The position numbers and the translations under genes are program-made. A stretch of 64,000 nt of DNA, taken from the NCBI GenBank assembly GCA_027365175.1, contig DAHXNY010000001.1, forward strand, positions 117,483 through 181,482, given 5' to 3'. Below, piece after piece: positions 38,618-47,852 of the stretch (positions are counted from its first letter, which is position 1; every line of letters begins with the position of its first letter). Below the pieces are notes generated by a model, which worked only from the letters and a program-made list of their open reading frames with translations, made no database searches and was not told where the DNA came from. This DNA comes from Candidatus Micrarchaeota archaeon (GTDB taxonomy: Archaea; Micrarchaeota; Micrarchaeia; Micrarchaeales; CABMGC01).

Positions 38618-39610
38618 ATGAAAGCTGCAAAAAAGGATAAAAAATCCGCAAGAAAACGCAAGCCGGCCAAAAGGAAAGCTATTGTTAAAAAACCGATTCA
38701 CAAGCAGCTTTCACACGCTCCTGACACGGAAGGACTGCTTGTGCGGAGCATCCTTAATCCCTCAAGAGAGCTGCGGGACGGAATAGTGATGGAGGACCTG
38801 ATATACTCTCTAACTCCAAAGCTTGCAAGGACAGCGTACAACTTCGGCTATTCTATAGGCATGGACATATTTGCTAATTCCAGAAAGGAACAAAACACGC
38901 TAGTACCAGTATTAGGAAGGCTCGGGTTCAGGAACATAGTCTACCAGCCATTCAGGGATGCGCTTGTAATTAAATCAGGATCAAGAAACCATGCTGTAAG
39001 AAAGGTAGGCGCAAAGATACACTCTTTCGAAGCAGGCATAATAGCAGGCTATCTATCGGCCCATTCCGGAGAAATGATAAATACGGCTGAAAAAGAGTGC
39101 GTATACAACGGAGATTCTGTGTGCAGGTTTGTATCCAGCACTGGCAGAACCTTCGAAAGCAGCGGCAATCCGTCATTGGAGGATGTTATAGACTCGATAG
39201 CCGTCAACGTTCACGAGATAAAATTCAGCGACAGGTCAGAAGTGGCATACCATATGCTGCCCCTTATACCAATGACAAAACAGCCTCTCAGGAGCGAGAT
39301 AGCCAAGATATTCTATCTGATAGGGATTGAACTGTCACAAAGATACGGCAGAGAGGAAGCAGAAGCTCTGTTGGAAAACATGGCGAGGTATTTCGGGACA
39401 TCCAAAGGACCGGTAAAGATAGCCCAGAAGACTGCCGAGGTCCAGTTAAAGTACTCATACCATAACTCCAATTCGGCGTTTGTAGAATTATCAACGGCAA
39501 TGTTCCGGGGCTTCATAAGAGGCAAAACCTCAAAAGAGCCCAATGTATATATAAACGTTGATAAAAATAAGAATTACATTGTTGATATAACGACCACGGT
39601 GCACAAATGA
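38618..39610 (+). CDS. V4R-domain-like protein with a lysine-rich N-terminal tail
   Basis: 330 aa. N-terminus KAAKKDKKSARKRKPAKRKAIVKK. AGIIAGYLSAHSGEMINTAEKECVYNGDSVCRFV resembles the V4R (4-vinyl-reductase) C-x6-C signature. Its stop overlaps the secY start (ATGA). Confidence 0.45.
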   Translation: MKAAKKDKKSARKRKPAKRKAIVKKPIHKQLSHAPDTEGLLVRSILNPSRELRDGIVMEDLIYSLTPKLARTAYNFGYSIGMDIFANSRKEQNTLVPVLGRLGFRNIVYQPFRDALVIKSGSRNHAVRKVGAKIHSFEAGIIAGYLSAHSGEMINTAEKECVYNGDSVCRFVSSTGRTFESSGNPSLEDVIDSIAVNVHEIKFSDRSEVAYHMLPLIPMTKQPLRSEIAKIFYLIGIELSQRYGREEAEALLENMARYFGTSKGPVKIAQKTAEVQLKYSYHNSNSAFVELSTAMFRGFIRGKTSKEPNVYINVDKNKNYIVDITTTVHK

Positions 39611-41076
39611 ATATTAAATCCTTAGACCCGGTGTTGAAGCTGGTACCGGGCATAAAGAAGCCGGCTGTCCCTCTGTCATTCAGGGACAAGCTTAAGTGGA
39701 CAGCTGCAATAATGTGCGCCTACTTCATACTATTCAGTACACCTGCATACGGGGTTAACCTATCGACGCTGCAGCAGCCCGTAGAGCAGCTGATAAACGT
39801 CATATTCGCTGCAAGGACCGGCACACTGATAACGGTAGGGATAGGCCCGATAGTGCTCTCCAGCATAATACTCCAATTGCTGCAGGGGTCTGGCGTATTC
39901 AACATAGACATGAACGACCCCGAGCAGAAGGGCAGGTTCCAGGCCATACAGAAGCTTGCAGCCATAGTCATAGCGATAATAGAGGCATTCATATTCACAT
40001 ATACTGGATACGTGCCGATAGCAAGTCCTGCATTCTTCGGCATAGTGGTGCTGCAGCTCGCCATAAGCGCCATAATAGTGGTGTTCCTAGATGAGATGAT
40101 GGTAAAATACGGTCTCACATCAGGGATAAACCTCTTCATAGCAGGAGGGGTTGCATACTCAATAATAGCAGGAACGATAAACATACTTGGAAACGAGGCG
40201 ATCGCTGCCATAGCTGCCGGAGGTGCAACGGCAATACCTAACGCCATACTCGCATTCGGTCCCCTATTCTTCTCAGTTCTCGTCATGCTGGTTAGCATAT
40301 ACGCGTATGACATAAACGTAGAAGTGCCTCTTGCATTCAGCCAGCTACGTGGAGTCGGAGGAAGACTTCCCATACCCTTCCTGTATGTGAGCGTACTGCC
40401 GGTAATACTTGCCACATCGATGATACTCAGTCTTACCGTATGGTTCGGCTTCCTCTCAGGAGTTTCAGGAGGGTTAGCTCCGCTTGCACACTTCATAGCT
40501 TATTACCAAAGGGTGCAGACCACCTCAGGAGCTGTAACGAACAATCTTGTAGGAGGGCTAGTATACCTGATATCTCCGAACTTCCCGCTCCCGTATTCTA
40601 GCAGTTATGGGGGCATAGGAGGCTACGGTCCTTACGTTTCATTCCTCGCAACAGCAACAAGCCCGCTCTACCTTCCAACCGGAGGGCTGATATACGTTCC
40701 AGAATGGATCCACATCATAACCTATACTCTAGTGCTCGTAATCCTCTGCGTCATATTCGGAAGGTTCTGGATAGAGATGACAGGCCAGAGCCCGAAGAAC
40801 GTTGCAGAACAGCTGCAGAGCGTAGGATGGCAGATACCGGGCTTCAGGAGAGATCCTAGGATAACCGAGAATGTGCTCAACAAATACATACCCACTATAA
40901 CTATTCTAGGAAGCATATTTGTCGGCCTTCTCGCAGCCGCAGCCACTCTCACAGGAGCAGTAGGAACGGGAATGGGCGTCCTCCTTACAGTGGGTATAAT
41001 GTACATGCTTTACAAACAGCTTGAGCAGGACCGTTCATTGGAAAACATACCATGGCTGAATAAGTTCCTTTCCTAG
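39607..41076 (+). CDS. secY: preprotein translocase subunit SecY
   Basis: 489 aa, 10 TM pattern. N-terminal LSFRDKLKWT, and GIGPIVLSSIILQLL (TM2/plug region) is typical of SecY/Sec61alpha. Confidence 0.9.
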   Translation: MNIKSLDPVLKLVPGIKKPAVPLSFRDKLKWTAAIMCAYFILFSTPAYGVNLSTLQQPVEQLINVIFAARTGTLITVGIGPIVLSSIILQLLQGSGVFNIDMNDPEQKGRFQAIQKLAAIVIAIIEAFIFTYTGYVPIASPAFFGIVVLQLAISAIIVVFLDEMMVKYGLTSGINLFIAGGVAYSIIAGTINILGNEAIAAIAAGGATAIPNAILAFGPLFFSVLVMLVSIYAYDINVEVPLAFSQLRGVGGRLPIPFLYVSVLPVILATSMILSLTVWFGFLSGVSGGLAPLAHFIAYYQRVQTTSGAVTNNLVGGLVYLISPNFPLPYSSSYGGIGGYGPYVSFLATATSPLYLPTGGLIYVPEWIHIITYTLVLVILCVIFGRFWIEMTGQSPKNVAEQLQSVGWQIPGFRRDPRITENVLNKYIPTITILGSIFVGLLAAAATLTGAVGTGMGVLLTVGIMYMLYKQLEQDRSLENIPWLNKFLS

Positions 41077-41387
41077 TGGTTTTCATGGAAAGAAAGGAGA
41101 TGCTAAGGAAGCTTGAACGCTGCAATCTTACACAGTTCCAGAGGAAAGTCCTCCTTGCCACATTCACAATACCTGAAGGGGAGACAAGAACTTACAAGCA
41201 GGTAGCGGAGATGGCCGGCTATCCAGGAGCGGCAAGGGCAGTAGGCTCTGCTATGCGCATTAATCCTTTCGCACCTACAATTCCATGCCACAGGGTAATA
41301 CGGTCTGACGGGAGCATAGGGAACTACTCCGCCGCTGGAGGAAGGAAGAAAAAGATTGCACTGCTCAAGAAGGAGCGCGCGATATGA
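41076..41387 (+). CDS. ogt: methylated-DNA--protein-cysteine methyltransferase, C-terminal (DNA-binding/active-site) domain only
   Basis: IPCHRVIRSDGSIGNY active-site motif, and FQRKVLLATFTIPEGETRTYKQVA. GTG 41076 or ATG 41085. Confidence 0.8.
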   Translation: MVFMERKEMLRKLERCNLTQFQRKVLLATFTIPEGETRTYKQVAEMAGYPGAARAVGSAMRINPFAPTIPCHRVIRSDGSIGNYSAAGGRKKKIALLKKERAI

Positions 41388-41389
41388 AA

Positions 41390-42415
41390 TCAAGTGCCCT
41401 TTACAGACTTGTACTTCAGTATCTTCCTCAATTCAATTGCAAGATTTCCAAATCCTATCCCACCTACTACTATCAGTACGAGCACCGTTGCTACTGTTAT
41501 CGATGAAAGATTTGGTATCGGGTTTCCTGTGCTCAAGGCAAAGTTGTCTATCAACGGGAAGAGTATTATAAGCAAACCTATTATCGCGAAAGCTATCCCG
41601 CCATAATAAAGAGTTCTGCCTGCTGTCATGCGCCCGACATGCTTTATCTGCTCCTCAGTCAGCTTCTTAACCCTGGCAAGGTTTGCAAAAATCGCACCGA
41701 AAATTATCTGCATAATCATGGTTCCTATCCCGAACATAACGCCTACAAGAGGGGCATATATCAGCGAAGGGACCTGCGGCGCAAGTATGAACGTTATGAT
41801 GGTAGAATAGGCTCCGAATCCCCAGCCTGCTATTAATCCATGGGCTACTGCCATCCTCAAGGAAACGCCCTTCGGCTCAGGCTTATCTTCATGCATTGGC
41901 ACTCTCTCCGCATACTTGCTGTGGTGTTCATTGCCCATTATTTTCTTCCCTATGTCCAGGTGCAGGTATAATTTCTTGTTAAGTATGTAGAATCCCGCAA
42001 TCGCCATGACTATTCCTACTGTGACATAAATCGGGCCGTCCAGATTATAAACTTTGTATATCGCTGCAAGCCCGAGAAAACCAAGAGTCGTCAGTATCGC
42101 CCTCTGCACGGTAAATCCTGCCGAAAAAGCAAACCCTGCCTTCATGCCCTTGCGCGTACTATAACTTCCTATGGCATAGCTGAAGGTTATCGGCCACGTA
42201 TGCTCATCAGGTGTCGCTCCATGCATTATGCCCAATATCAGCGCTATTATCAGTATGGTGCCCAACGCAAGGTTGCTAGACGGATTTAGCACATAAGATA
42301 TCGCATTTGATGCTGCCGGGCCTGCCGGAGTAATGGTCAAAAGCAATACCAGTACCAGCAGGACTCCTGCAACTGCAACGGCAACATTTCTTTTATCCAG
42401 AATATCACGCGGCAA
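41390..42415 (-). CDS. putative Ni/Co transporter (NicO/RcnA-like membrane protein)
   Basis: 341 aa, polytopic. IMHGATPDEHTWP motif in a TM helix. His-rich central loop GNEHHSKYAERVPMHEDKPEP. Divergent from a NikR-family gene. Confidence 0.4.
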   Translation of the reverse strand: MPRDILDKRNVAVAVAGVLLVLVLLLTITPAGPAASNAISYVLNPSSNLALGTILIIALILGIMHGATPDEHTWPITFSYAIGSYSTRKGMKAGFAFSAGFTVQRAILTTLGFLGLAAIYKVYNLDGPIYVTVGIVMAIAGFYILNKKLYLHLDIGKKIMGNEHHSKYAERVPMHEDKPEPKGVSLRMAVAHGLIAGWGFGAYSTIITFILAPQVPSLIYAPLVGVMFGIGTMIMQIIFGAIFANLARVKKLTEEQIKHVGRMTAGRTLYYGGIAFAIIGLLIILFPLIDNFALSTGNPIPNLSSITVATVLVLIVVGGIGFGNLAIELRKILKYKSVKGT

Positions 42416-42441
42416 AGAATAGATAATTACAACACTTATGT

Positions 42442-42465
42442 TAATAAATATTATGGTATTTATTA
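42442..42465. promoter_or_regulatory. inverted repeat TAATAAATA-N6-TATTTATTA in the nikR/transporter divergent promoter region (candidate operator)
   Basis: Read directly: 42442-42450 is the reverse complement of 42457-42465. The 10-mer TGTTAATAAA also recurs at 42439 and 42492. The region is very AT-rich, so chance or TATA boxes are possible. Confidence 0.25.
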
Positions 42466-42510
42466 TTAATTATCAGACGGAATCTTCCAACTGTTAATAA
42501 AGTGCAAACC

Positions 42511-42900
42511 ATGGAGATAATGAGCATATCGCTGGACAAGGAAACTCTGCAGGAGCTGAACGAGATACAGGATAATCTGGGATTCAAGAGCAGGTCAAAG
42601 ATGCTAAGGTCAACGATAGACCTGCTGTTAAGCGAGTACAAGGTTCTGGAGTCGCTTAAAGGAATTCACAATATCGTATTTGTAATAACATACAAGGACA
42701 ACGAGAAGAACCATGTGTCAAACATGCTGCATGATTTTGAGGATGAGATAAAGGTAACCGTGCATCAGCACAACGGCCCAGTATGCTTGGACATGCTCAA
42801 CATGGCTGCAGATGCACCTAGGATAAAGAAGCTCTTCGCCGAGATGAAACGGAGCAAGTGCATAAGGTCGTTGAACTTCACCCTGCTTGGCCACTACTGA
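42511..42900 (+). CDS. nikR: NikR-family nickel-responsive regulator (ribbon-helix-helix plus metal-binding domain)
   Basis: RHH N-terminus MSISLDKETLQELNEIQD...SRSKMLRSTIDLL. C-terminal LHDFED...VHQHNGPVC supplies an H...HxH...C ligand set like NikR. The start may be ATG 42511 or 42520 (track start GTG 42502). Confidence 0.65.
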   Translation: MEIMSISLDKETLQELNEIQDNLGFKSRSKMLRSTIDLLLSEYKVLESLKGIHNIVFVITYKDNEKNHVSNMLHDFEDEIKVTVHQHNGPVCLDMLNMAADAPRIKKLFAEMKRSKCIRSLNFTLLGHY

Positions 42901-43104
42901 AAGAAAACAAAAAATCTACTTTCTCTCAACCGGTTTAAGGCCAGCTCTGGTCTGCGCCGCTACATCTCTGAAAAAGCTATTCTTGCAACAAAATCAGGCC
43001 TATGATTGGCATAAACATCAAGCCTTCCGAACCACATGCCAATCCAATCTATATTCACCGTCACGTGCCGACTGGCAAGTAGATTTTTCCTTCATGCAAC
43101 CATG

Positions 43105-43380
43105 CTAGATATCCCGTCTTAGAATTACTCCCAGCGTGTGCACAACCTTGAGTCTATAAGATTTATTCAGGCTCTCACCATTTGCATTTACATGTCCTTT
43201 CATGCCGCTGTCAGGATTCAATATCTGTACGCGCCCTCTTCCACCTCCTAGTACAATCATTCCTGCGTCTCTTAGCTCTCTTACGAATTCCTTCGGCTTT
43301 ACCGCTCCTGGCCGCTTTACCGCATCCTGTATCTTTCTCGAATCAACTCTCTGTGTCTGTTGCTTAACAGTAATATCCAT
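43105..43380 (-). CDS. hypothetical protein, weak HicA/YcfA-like resemblance
   Basis: ATG 43380 (MDITVKQQ), 91 aa. KPKEFVRELRDAGMIVLGGGRGRVQILNPDSGMKGHVNANGESL...LKVVHTLGV has the layout of HicA-type dsRBD toxins, but GRG replaces the usual GSH. No partner gene is seen. Confidence 0.3.
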   Translation of the reverse strand: MDITVKQQTQRVDSRKIQDAVKRPGAVKPKEFVRELRDAGMIVLGGGRGRVQILNPDSGMKGHVNANGESLNKSYRLKVVHTLGVILRRDI

Positions 43381-43451
43381 GATTTTCACAAAATGATAAG
43401 CAAATATGCAATATTTATTTCTTTTCTGCAAATTATTATCTGGATGATGCA

Positions 43452-43895
43452 TTGAAAACTGCAACGATGCGGGAAGACGCATTCGAAAAGAGCTTCAAAA
43501 TAAAAACTCAGGAATATGTTATACTGACATTTACCAAGGAAAGTGCACCTAGTCTCAGAGAAGCAATTGCAATATCTGAAAAGAGGGATGAGAAGATGCT
43601 TACTGTTGAAGAGGCAATGGGACACCTTGCCAATCATGAATCAAGAGCAGTGCTTTCGAATGCATTAGATTCAGACCAAAGAATAGTATGGTCATACCTT
43701 TACACGACCAGATTCGGCCACATAGCAGCAAGCATAGGCAACGACTGGAGCTCTAGGGAGCTGCGCATAGCAGAGCATACGGATACTGGCATATATCCAT
43801 CTCCGATACTGCTCCTGAAAAGAGCAAAACACGAAGAAGCCCCGCAATTCTCAGATTTTAGAAATGTGGTGCTAAGTAAACTAAAGAGACTATGA
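43452..43895 (+). CDS. hypothetical protein
   Basis: 147 aa ORF (TTG start; first ATG at 43467). No motif recognised. Ends 2 nt before the tRNA-Arg(TCG) gene. Confidence 0.4.
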   Translation: MKTATMREDAFEKSFKIKTQEYVILTFTKESAPSLREAIAISEKRDEKMLTVEEAMGHLANHESRAVLSNALDSDQRIVWSYLYTTRFGHIAASIGNDWSSRELRIAEHTDTGIYPSPILLLKRAKHEEAPQFSDFRNVVLSKLKRL

Positions 43896-43896
43896 A

Positions 43897-43971
43897 CGGG
43901 CATGACGGGATTTGAACCCGCAACCATCTGGTCCGAAGCCAGATGCGCTATCCAAGTTGCGCCACATGCCC
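43897..43971 (-). tRNA. tRNA-Arg (anticodon TCG)
   Basis: Hand fold of the minus strand: GGGCATG TG GCGC AACTTGGATA GCGC A TCTGG CTTCGGA CCAGA TGGTT GCGGG TTCAAAT CCCGT CATGCCC G. Confidence 0.85.
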
Positions 43972-44068
43972 ATTGGCTATTGCATATCAGTATTGCTAAA
44001 TATAAAGAAGCTGGACAGCACAGCAAAAGATTAATAATATTTAACGTGCCATAAAATTACGTGTTTTT

Positions 44069-44467
44069 ATGATAACGGAAGTAAATATAAAAGAGATAGA
44101 GGCAAAGAGAGCCCACAAGGACCTAATAGCAAACATGAAGTTCAACATCAACTTTGACGATGTGAAGGTTGACAAGGAGAATGTCAGTGTGGATTTCACG
44201 TTTACTACTGATTATGAAGGACAGGAGAGTTCAAAGAACATCGGCAAGCTCGAGATAAAGGGAAACATAGTCTCAAAGGAGAGCAAGAAGGATGCCGATG
44301 ACATAGTGAGCATGTGGAAGGAGAAGAAGACGCTTCCTATAAACTTCGCAGAGGACGTAATAAATATGCTGAATTTCGAGTGCGGCTCAAGAGGAACTCT
44401 TGTAGCATACTCGATGGGCTTTGTCGCTCCGCTGCCACTCTCAAGAGCACGCCTTCAGGAAAAGTAA
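44069..44467 (+). CDS. hypothetical protein
   Basis: 132 aa, plausible coding composition. The C-terminal NFECGSRGTLVAYSMGFVAPLPL segment is faintly SecB-like, but that is not supportable without profile searches. Confidence 0.4.
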   Translation: MITEVNIKEIEAKRAHKDLIANMKFNINFDDVKVDKENVSVDFTFTTDYEGQESSKNIGKLEIKGNIVSKESKKDADDIVSMWKEKKTLPINFAEDVINMLNFECGSRGTLVAYSMGFVAPLPLSRARLQEK

Positions 44468-44513
44468 CTAAAAAGCTTAATCTGTTGCATCTGCAACAGC
44501 CCCAGATGAGGCT

Positions 44514-46934
44514 ATGGAGCTACAGGGAGTCCTTATTGATATAGACTATGTCTCATCTGCCGGGAGAAGCATAATACGTCTTACCCTTAAAAGCAATTCC
44601 GGCATATACTCGATATTCGACAAGAATTTCTATCCATACTTCAGGCTAATCCCTTATAACAGCAATGTCGATACCTCTTCGATAGAGAAGATGCTATTCA
44701 GGGACAACCAGGGCAACCAGATATCGATACACAAGGTATCAGGATCGAAGATGACACTCTATGGAAAGGAGAAGACAATCCTCAAAGTAGAAGCAAACAC
44801 CTCCAGAAGCGTACCTGAGATAAGCAAGATGCTAACAGAATTCGGAGAGGCATACGAATATGATATTCTATTCTGGAAACGATATCTGATAGACAAGCGT
44901 ATCAACCCTCTGCATGGGGTAACAGCCGAGGTTCATGAAGAAGACGGACAACTTGTTCTTGACAGTATAGAGGAGCTGAAAGGTGAGTACAAGCTTGAAA
45001 AAGGACTCACATGCATGTGCTTTGACATAGAGACCTACAATCCATCCGTGGTGCCAAGACCAGAAAAGGATCCTGCAATAATGATAAGCTATTACACGGA
45101 CGGAGAGGCAGCGGTACTCACGACCAAGAAAATAAACAGGAAGTTCGTCAAGACCTTCGCCAACGAGAAGGAGATGATAAGCGCATTTGTCAAGCTGATA
45201 AGGGAAAAGGACGTGGACATAATCTCAGGATACAACTCCTCGAATTTTGACATTCCATATCTTATGAAAAGGGCGGAGAAAAACGGAATAAACTTCCACA
45301 TAGGCAGGTATGATGAAGACGTAAGGCAGGAGCACCACGGCCTGCTCGAGGCAATAAAGATACCAGGGAGGATAAATCTTGATGTATACAACGTTGCAAG
45401 ATTCGTATCGATAGTCGGCGCTTCGGAGAAGCTGATAAAGATAAACAGATTCACTCTATCTGAGGTATACAGGGCAATAAGCGGAGACACGAAGATAACA
45501 GTCGACAAGAATAACATATGGCAGATATGGGACGGTTCGGATGCGGATCTTGAGGAGCTTGCAGACTATTCGCTAAGCGATTCAGTAACGCTGAACAGGC
45601 TCTATGAGTTCTTCATAAACCTGCAGATAGAGACTGCGAAGGTTTCGAGGTTAACGCTTGCTGAGAACGCCGTATCGACCACCGGCCAATTGGTGGAAGC
45701 CCTGCTGATGCGTTATGCTTCTGATAACAATGAGATAGTGCCTAACAAGCCCTCACAGTACGAGATAAGCGAACGCATGTCAAATCCGATAGAGGGCGCC
45801 TTTGTCAAAACGCCAGAGGCAGGCATATACGACAACATAGTAGTGCTTGACTTCAGGAGTCTGTATCCATCGATAATAATCTCGCACAACATAGACCCAT
45901 CAACAATAGCCGACCGTTCCTATACTGGAAAGATAAGCGAATCTCCAAACAGCATAAGGTTCATGATGCAGCCTGTAGGTATAATACCAAAAGCCTTGAA
46001 GAAGCTCATAGATGACAGGAAGGAGATAAAGAAGGCATACAAGAACGACCCTGACAACCAGACACTGGCTGCGAGATCCAGCGCACTGAAGATACTCGCG
46101 AATTCATTCTACGGTTATCTGGGATATGCGAGGTCAAGGTGGTACTCAAGGGACTGTGCGGCAAGCGTAACGGCTTATGGCAGGTCGTACATAACCATGA
46201 CCATAGAGCATGCTGAGAAGGCAGGCTTCAAAGTCCTCTACAGCGATACAGACAGTATATTCATACAGCTGCAGGGGAAGCGCAAGGAAGACGCTATGAA
46301 GTTCCTTGATGATATTAATTCAGAGCTGCCCGAGCTCATGGAGCTCGAGCTGGAGGATTTCTATGTCAGAGGGGTATTCGTAGGCAAGAAAGGAGCGGAA
46401 TCTGGTGGTGCAAAGAAGAAGTACGCTCTTCTCTCCGAGGCGGGAAGGGTGAAGATAAAGGGATTCGAACTTGTAAGGAGGGACTGGTCAAACGTCGCGC
46501 GAACAACCCAGAAAGATGTGCTGGAGGCGATACTCAAAGATGGAAGCAAGGAGAAGGCTCTGCAGATAGTAAAGGACGTGCTGGACAGGCTGAGGGAGGG
46601 CAAGGTGGAGCTAAAAGACCTTATAATATACACGCAGCTGAGGAAGGGGATAGACAAGTATGATGGAAAGTCTCCAGAACTGGCAGCTGCAAGGAAGGCG
46701 ATACAGAAAGGAGCGAAGACAAAGGAGGAGGTGGAGGGAGCGACCATAGGTTATATAATAACCAGAAGCGGAAACACAATATCCGAAAAGGCGGAGATCG
46801 ATGAGCTTGCAGATTCATACGATCCCGACTACTACATAAACCACCAGGTAATTCCTGCGACGCTGAAGATACTGAAGGAGCTTGGCTTCAGCGAGGAAGA
46901 GCTGAAGGGAGGCGGTGTACAAAAAAGGCTGTAA
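44514..46934 (+). CDS. polB: family B DNA polymerase (PolB)
   Basis: 806 aa. Exo I CFDIETYN. Exo II region YNSSNFDIPYL. Pol motifs DFRSLYPSII, KILANSFYGY and YSDTDSIF. Confidence 0.9.
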   Translation: MELQGVLIDIDYVSSAGRSIIRLTLKSNSGIYSIFDKNFYPYFRLIPYNSNVDTSSIEKMLFRDNQGNQISIHKVSGSKMTLYGKEKTILKVEANTSRSVPEISKMLTEFGEAYEYDILFWKRYLIDKRINPLHGVTAEVHEEDGQLVLDSIEELKGEYKLEKGLTCMCFDIETYNPSVVPRPEKDPAIMISYYTDGEAAVLTTKKINRKFVKTFANEKEMISAFVKLIREKDVDIISGYNSSNFDIPYLMKRAEKNGINFHIGRYDEDVRQEHHGLLEAIKIPGRINLDVYNVARFVSIVGASEKLIKINRFTLSEVYRAISGDTKITVDKNNIWQIWDGSDADLEELADYSLSDSVTLNRLYEFFINLQIETAKVSRLTLAENAVSTTGQLVEALLMRYASDNNEIVPNKPSQYEISERMSNPIEGAFVKTPEAGIYDNIVVLDFRSLYPSIIISHNIDPSTIADRSYTGKISESPNSIRFMMQPVGIIPKALKKLIDDRKEIKKAYKNDPDNQTLAARSSALKILANSFYGYLGYARSRWYSRDCAASVTAYGRSYITMTIEHAEKAGFKVLYSDTDSIFIQLQGKRKEDAMKFLDDINSELPELMELELEDFYVRGVFVGKKGAESGGAKKKYALLSEAGRVKIKGFELVRRDWSNVARTTQKDVLEAILKDGSKEKALQIVKDVLDRLREGKVELKDLIIYTQLRKGIDKYDGKSPELAAARKAIQKGAKTKEEVEGATIGYIITRSGNTISEKAEIDELADSYDPDYYINHQVIPATLKILKELGFSEEELKGGGVQKRL

Positions 46935-46945
46935 GGTTGTTTTGA

Positions 46946-47848
46946 ATGGAAGATAAAGATATGAATAAACTGAAAGAAGCAGGAAAGGCTTCTGCCGAAG
47001 CGCTTGCACTGGCAAAGAGCATAATCAAGCCAGGCAAGAGCATACTGGAAGCAGCAGAGGAGATAGAGCGCTCTATCAAATCAAAAGGATTCATGCTCGC
47101 ATTTCCTGTAAACCTGTCGATAAACGAGAAGGCGGCTCACTTCACACCCGAGACGGACGACCAGTCTGTATTATCTGACAAGGATGTTGTAAAAGTGGAT
47201 CTGGGCGCACGCAAGGATACCCTTCTTACGGACTGTGCTATAACGATAGACCTTTCAAACAAGAATGCAAAGCTTGTGGAAGCCACAAACGAGGCGCTTG
47301 AGAGCGCAATATCCGTAGTGAAAGCAGGGAGGCAGCTAAGGGACATAGGCAGGGAGATAGATGCCGTCGCATCAAAGCATGGCTTCAAGCCTATAAAGAA
47401 TCTCGGCGGCCATGGGATAAGCGCAGCCGACCTTCACGCAGATTTCTTCATACCCAATTTTGACAACGGCGATAACACCGAATTGAAGGAGGGGCAGGTA
47501 ATCGCAATAGAACCGTTCCTTACGAATGGCAGGGGGCAGGTCGAAGACAGCACCTTCACCGCGATATTCCAGAAAAACTCTCCATGCATTACAAGGTCAA
47601 ACGAGGCAAGGATGGTGAGCGCGTTCATAGATGAAAACTTCCTTACCTATCCATTTGCAACAAGATGGCTTTCAAGGGAGCTACAAGAGCTTGACGATTT
47701 CAAGATAAGAAGGGGGATAGCAGAGCTGATAAACTCTGGGGCTATCGAAGCCTTCCCCGGGCTGGTTGAAAAGGGCAGAGGGATGGTCGCACAGGCCGAG
47801 CACTCTCTTCTTGTCCAGGAGGACGGATGCGAAATAATAACGAAATGA
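46946..47848 (+). CDS. map: methionine aminopeptidase, type 2 (archaeal)
   Basis: 300 aa. AFPVNLSINEKAAHFTP, DLGA...D, GHGI, and EHSLLV pita-bread metal-ligand pattern. Confidence 0.85.
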   Translation: MEDKDMNKLKEAGKASAEALALAKSIIKPGKSILEAAEEIERSIKSKGFMLAFPVNLSINEKAAHFTPETDDQSVLSDKDVVKVDLGARKDTLLTDCAITIDLSNKNAKLVEATNEALESAISVVKAGRQLRDIGREIDAVASKHGFKPIKNLGGHGISAADLHADFFIPNFDNGDNTELKEGQVIAIEPFLTNGRGQVEDSTFTAIFQKNSPCITRSNEARMVSAFIDENFLTYPFATRWLSRELQELDDFKIRRGIAELINSGAIEAFPGLVEKGRGMVAQAEHSLLVQEDGCEIITK

Positions 47849-47852
47849 TCCT

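Noticed and set aside
42901-43104. Non-coding RNA or att site in the gap after nikR; 9-nt match CCACATGCC with the 5-prime end of tRNA-Arg(TCG)
   Set aside because: The 9-nt match is at the tRNA 5-prime end, not the 3-prime end that integrases usually target, and it is short enough to be chance. No stable structure or boxes were recognised. The listed ORF 42887..43108 has no supporting features.
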